Shown one piece after another: positions 54,846 to 58,070 of a DNA stretch of 58,070 nucleotides. Both the position numbers and the translations under genes were made by a program. Every line of letters starts with the position of its first letter. Within the stretch, counting starts at the first letter, position 1. Source of the DNA: a virus (taxonomy: Duplodnaviria > Caudoviricetes); IMG/VR virus record IMGVR_UViG_3300021414_000003, positions 1 through 58,070 of that record. One strand, written 5' to 3'. The notes under the pieces are model-generated. The model did no database searches and was not told the origin of the DNA. It saw only the letters and a program-made list of their open reading frames with translations.

Positions 54846-55039
54846 GCGCCGCCCGCCGCATTCCGAACCGCATCAAGTTCAGCATGGTCATGAGCGACCG
54901 CAGCAAGATCGAAGGCACGTTGAAGTGCAGCGACGAGCAGTGGAGCGCTATTTTCGCCATCTTGCTGCCCGAAATCGTACCAGCCGAGCAGCCTATCCCT
55001 ACCGGGAATGGCGACACCGATAAGGGAGAACAAGCATGA
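54842..55039 (+). CDS. Hypothetical protein
   Basis: ATGA-coupled. Confidence 0.6.
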   Translation: MSAARRIPNRIKFSMVMSDRSKIEGTLKCSDEQWSAIFAILLPEIVPAEQPIPTGNGDTDKGEQA

Positions 55040-55230
55040 AACTGATTTCCCTGATCTGGACGTACCTGACCTGCTGGAAGCACGATCTGGTATTTAAGAG
55101 AAACATTTACGGCGACGAGATTATTCACAGCGGCAGGTTCAAGCGCAGCTGGTGGCGATGTTCCAAGTGCGGGGCGTGGAAGTCGAAAGAGCATTTACAT
55201 ATTGACCCGAAAACCGGAGAACCAGCATGA
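55036..55230 (+). CDS. Small Zn-ribbon protein
   Basis: C.KH...RNIYGDEI...C.KCG. Confidence 0.65.
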   Translation: MKLISLIWTYLTCWKHDLVFKRNIYGDEIIHSGRFKRSWWRCSKCGAWKSKEHLHIDPKTGEPA

Positions 55231-56651
55231 CCACCACCCCTACCCACGCCTCGCAGCAATCCCCGTGGTTCGATACCGCGATGGACACCGGAATTATGCC
55301 GGATCACGTGCAGCCATCCCTGGAACAGCAAGTTGAGCAGGTATTGCTCGGCACGAAAGAGCAATATCAAGAGGCAATGCAGCCATCCCCGGCACCCGCC
55401 GACTGGCGCATTGATGAGCTGGACGCGCTGAGCGATCTGCGCCAAGCCGTGATCGACGGTGCGAGTAACGACTGGCTGCTGACATTTATTCGTCAGCGCC
55501 CGCTGTCTGGGCAGCCATCCCCGGCGCGTAGCGACAAGGATGCAGAGCGCGAAGCTTTTGAAGCATGGCACCGCAGCAAGTTCGAGACGAAACATTCGAC
55601 CGGCCAGCCCACGCGGGACATGCACAACGGTATTTATGCCGAGAAATACGGGCCGGAAAACCAGCAGCAGATGTGGGAAGCATGGCAGTTCCGCGCAGCC
55701 AAAGCCCAAGAGAGCGCCCCGAGCAGCGAGAGCATCGCAACGTGGCAAGAGCGCGCGGCAAAAGAATACCCGAGCATCACGACCGGCACACTGGCGCCCT
55801 GGGCGAAGCTGAAATGTGCTGCCGACGAAATTGCCGACCTTCGCGCAGCACTCGCCCGCCGCGCTACCTCTGAACGCAGTGAAGAGAAACCCGCAGGCAC
55901 TATTACACACGATTTCAACGATGAAGGCGTTTGCCGCCGATGCTGCGCGTACAGCAGCAAAGCGCACTTACCTTGTATTGCAGGCACTACTGCTGCCCCG
56001 AACGGTGAAACATCGAACGTTATTGCCGGGTTCACCGAGTGGATGCGCGACACCAGCCACTACCCGCACAACGACGACCGCCGCAAGCCGTTCGACGCAT
56101 TTGATGCCGGCGCAGCATGGGCAAGGCGCGCTACCGCAGGCAATGCCGCACCGACCGAAGCGCAGGCAGCGCGCGACCGCGCCGACGCCATCCGTTATCG
56201 CTTCCTCATTGCCAGCAATGCCGCAACCGCCGCACCGGGCGGTCTGCCTGACTTGATTTGCAAAATCGAAGCCATCATCGACAGCTGCACGGTTTTCCGG
56301 CGCTGCGCCGAAGCAAAGGCCATCGGCTCGCTTCTCGACCAGATGCGCGAATACGGCAGGGCATGTATCGACAGCAATGCAGGGGCAGTTATACCGGAAG
56401 GCTGGAAGATTCCGCGCGAGAGCAACGACAAGTTGATTGCGTTCGCTCGCCGCTGGAAGCTCGACGGCGATTGGCTGACGTGCAAGGGCTGCAAGCGAAG
56501 CCTGATCGCATCGCGCGACGGCGAGGAACTGAACCACGCGGCCGGCTGCAAACTCGCCGCCGAACAGCATCCATGGGCACAGTTGCGCGAACTCGTCACC
56601 AAGCGCGCCCCATCTAATCCGCCAGCAGGCGCAAAGGAGCAAGCCAAGTGA
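55227..56651 (+). CDS. Modular hypothetical protein
   Basis: 474 aa; EREAFEAW and DA.RYR modules. Confidence 0.7.
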   Translation: MTTTPTHASQQSPWFDTAMDTGIMPDHVQPSLEQQVEQVLLGTKEQYQEAMQPSPAPADWRIDELDALSDLRQAVIDGASNDWLLTFIRQRPLSGQPSPARSDKDAEREAFEAWHRSKFETKHSTGQPTRDMHNGIYAEKYGPENQQQMWEAWQFRAAKAQESAPSSESIATWQERAAKEYPSITTGTLAPWAKLKCAADEIADLRAALARRATSERSEEKPAGTITHDFNDEGVCRRCCAYSSKAHLPCIAGTTAAPNGETSNVIAGFTEWMRDTSHYPHNDDRRKPFDAFDAGAAWARRATAGNAAPTEAQAARDRADAIRYRFLIASNAATAAPGGLPDLICKIEAIIDSCTVFRRCAEAKAIGSLLDQMREYGRACIDSNAGAVIPEGWKIPRESNDKLIAFARRWKLDGDWLTCKGCKRSLIASRDGEELNHAAGCKLAAEQHPWAQLRELVTKRAPSNPPAGAKEQAK

Positions 56652-56854
56652 GCATCGAACGCGCATCACCAACCCAGCAGCGCAAGTCGCTTGAGGTGGC
56701 AAACCTGTTCGTCAAGATGGGCGTCGGCTTCGTCCCGATCCCTGTCGCGAGCGAAGCGGAATATGACGCGCTGGCGAAGAAGGCGCTCGACAAGCTGGCC
56801 GAAATGGAAGGCATTGCAGATGAGCCGGTAGGCGCAGAAAGGAAAGCACCGTGA
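56648..56854 (+). CDS. DUF1382-like small protein
   Basis: RASP...RKSLE.AN.....G..FVPIPV. Confidence 0.6.
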   Translation: MSIERASPTQQRKSLEVANLFVKMGVGFVPIPVASEAEYDALAKKALDKLAEMEGIADEPVGAERKAP

Positions 56855-57039
56855 GCATCGTTCGCGAAAATCTGATGACGCAGCCAGGCTACGCGCCATA
56901 TTGCGGCGGCCAAAACTGTAGCACGATGCCACGCGCGCCATTCAACGGCAGCCAGTTCGAGTGCCGCGTGTGCGGCTGGAAATCCGCCTTTGATCCGCAT
57001 TTCATTGCCGAATATAAAACGAAATGGGGGAAAGCATGA
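56851..57039 (+). CDS. Small Zn-ribbon protein
   Basis: YC...C..MPR..FNG.QF.C..CGW. Confidence 0.65.
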   Translation: MSIVRENLMTQPGYAPYCGGQNCSTMPRAPFNGSQFECRVCGWKSAFDPHFIAEYKTKWGKA

Positions 57040-57524
57040 CCCAAGACACCGACCAGTACCGCGCAGGTTTTGAGGCGTGGGCGCGCGCCAAATCGCTGCC
57101 GATCATCCGCGAAACGACCCCGTTCGCCGGGGCGGATGGCTACGAGGACGCAGAAACGCACATTGCATGGACTTCCTGGATCGCGGCAAAAAGCGAAGCC
57201 AGCACCGAGCCTGGCGCGCTGACGGCATGCGCGAACTGCCTGCGCCCGAAGTGCGAGCACAACGGCAAGCTGTGCCCTGCGCCGTACACGACCGTCTGGC
57301 ACGCATGGGACTACAAAATTCAGCCGATGCCAACCTACAAAGAATATGCGGCCGGTGCGCTGTCGGATGATGCGAAGGACGCGGCGCGGTATCGAATAAT
57401 CAGGAGCGGCAGCACCGGCAACGACGAGCTTACTGTCGCAACCCTGTTCATCACCGGGACAGAGTTGGACGAAATCACCGACGCTGCTATTGAAGCGAAC
57501 AAGGCCGGGAGCCTCGATGCGTGA
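57036..57524 (+). CDS. Modular hypothetical protein
   Basis: ATGA-coupled; R..FEAW and DAARYR...LD...DAAI modules. Confidence 0.65.
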   Translation: MTQDTDQYRAGFEAWARAKSLPIIRETTPFAGADGYEDAETHIAWTSWIAAKSEASTEPGALTACANCLRPKCEHNGKLCPAPYTTVWHAWDYKIQPMPTYKEYAAGALSDDAKDAARYRIIRSGSTGNDELTVATLFITGTELDEITDAAIEANKAGSLDA

Positions 57525-57694
57525 CATGGCAGGCCGGCGCATGACCCTGGATCGCCGGTTCCGCAAGCTACTGGCGGCGCTGTACTTGATCGGCAAGCGC
57601 AAGAGCGAGCGGCGCGGCGGCTGGGATCGGCGCCGGGGAGTGGCAGAAGAAACGTGCGCGGGATGCGCGCACTTCAGTAACGAAAGGAAAGACG

Positions 57695-57910
57695 ATGGAC
57701 AAGCAATCTGAAACCCCGAAGCAATTTCTTCGGCTGCCGGCCGTCATCAGCACTGTCGGCATCGGCCGCACAACAATCTATGACCGAATCAAGGCGGGAA
57801 CGTTTCCGGCGCCGGTTCAGCTCGGCCCGCGTGCCGTCGCCTGGGATGCGGCGGCGATCGCCAAGTGGCAGTCGAGCCTCGTGAGTGGGGTGAAAAAGAC
57901 CCTCGTTTAG
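57695..57910 (+). CDS. alpA: AlpA-family excisionase/regulator
   Basis: FLRLP.V....GIGRTTIY..IK.GTFP.PV.LG.RAVAW. Confidence 0.93.
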   Translation: MDKQSETPKQFLRLPAVISTVGIGRTTIYDRIKAGTFPAPVQLGPRAVAWDAAAIAKWQSSLVSGVKKTLV

Positions 57911-57911
57911 G

Positions 57912-57933
57912 ACGGGGGTAGAGACGGGGGTAG
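57912..57933 (+). promoter_or_regulatory. Integrase arm-type sites (pair)
   Basis: ACGGGGGTAG twice, 12-bp period. Confidence 0.75.
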
Positions 57934-57942
57934 CAGGAAAAA

Positions 57943-57968
57943 GAAAAGCCCCTTCATAGGGGCTTTTC
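57943..57968. terminator. Phage-supplied bidirectional terminator for tRNA and pL operon
   Basis: GAAAAGCCCCT-TCAT-AGGGGCTTTTC. Confidence 0.85.
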
Positions 57969-57975
57969 AAGGTAA

Positions 57976-57990
57976 CTGGCGGAGACGGTG
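57976..57990. repeat. att core at tRNA 3' end
   Basis: Identical to 113..127. Confidence 0.95.
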
Positions 57991-58069
57991 GGATTCGAAC
58001 CCACGATACAGGTATAAGCCGTATGCATCCTTAGCAGGGATGTGCCTTCGGCCACTCGGCCACGTCTCC
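57977..58069 (-). tRNA. tRNA-Ser(GCT)
   Basis: Minus strand GGAGACG...CATCC-CT-GCT-AA-GGATG, long variable arm, GGTTCGAATCC, CGTCTCC-GCCA. Confidence 0.97.
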
Positions 58070-58070
58070 A

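Larger units (their letters stand above)
113..57990. mobile_element. Complete-looking lambdoid (siphovirus) prophage integrated in tRNA-Ser
   Basis: Flanked by identical CTGGCGGAGACGGTG; contains integrase, immunity, replication, head, tail and lysis modules; no broken core gene seen. Confidence 0.97.

Overview
The window is one apparently complete ~57.9 kb lambdoid siphoprophage (113..57990) in a GC-rich betaproteobacterium (Oxalobacteraceae-like host is an inference). It is integrated into the 3' end of a minus-strand tRNA-Ser(GCT) gene, with a 15-bp att core duplicated at both ends. Order along the window: P4-type integrase; SOS-boxed orphan gene; a T6SS-type amidase effector/immunity-like pair; lysis cassette; lambda-like tail; a five-gene fibre-like insertion between neck and capsid genes; HK97-type head and terminase; a structured late leader; Q-like gene; an AT-rich lipoprotein moron; nin-like and replication genes; cro/cI switch; an accessory cassette in the rex position; and the pL operon (27-bp repeat protein, RdgC, modular Ea-like genes, AlpA). 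The least explained elements are: (1) a ~370-nt GNRA-rich structured non-coding element transcribed divergently from pL under a repressor operator, in a phage whose replication initiator appears to lack its origin-binding half; (2) a soluble plus membrane two-gene candidate defence system; (3) in-frame protein modules bounded by exact short direct repeats; (4) a fully antiparallel overlapping gene pair. Family names come from motif recognition and synteny only; no searches or folding programs were run.
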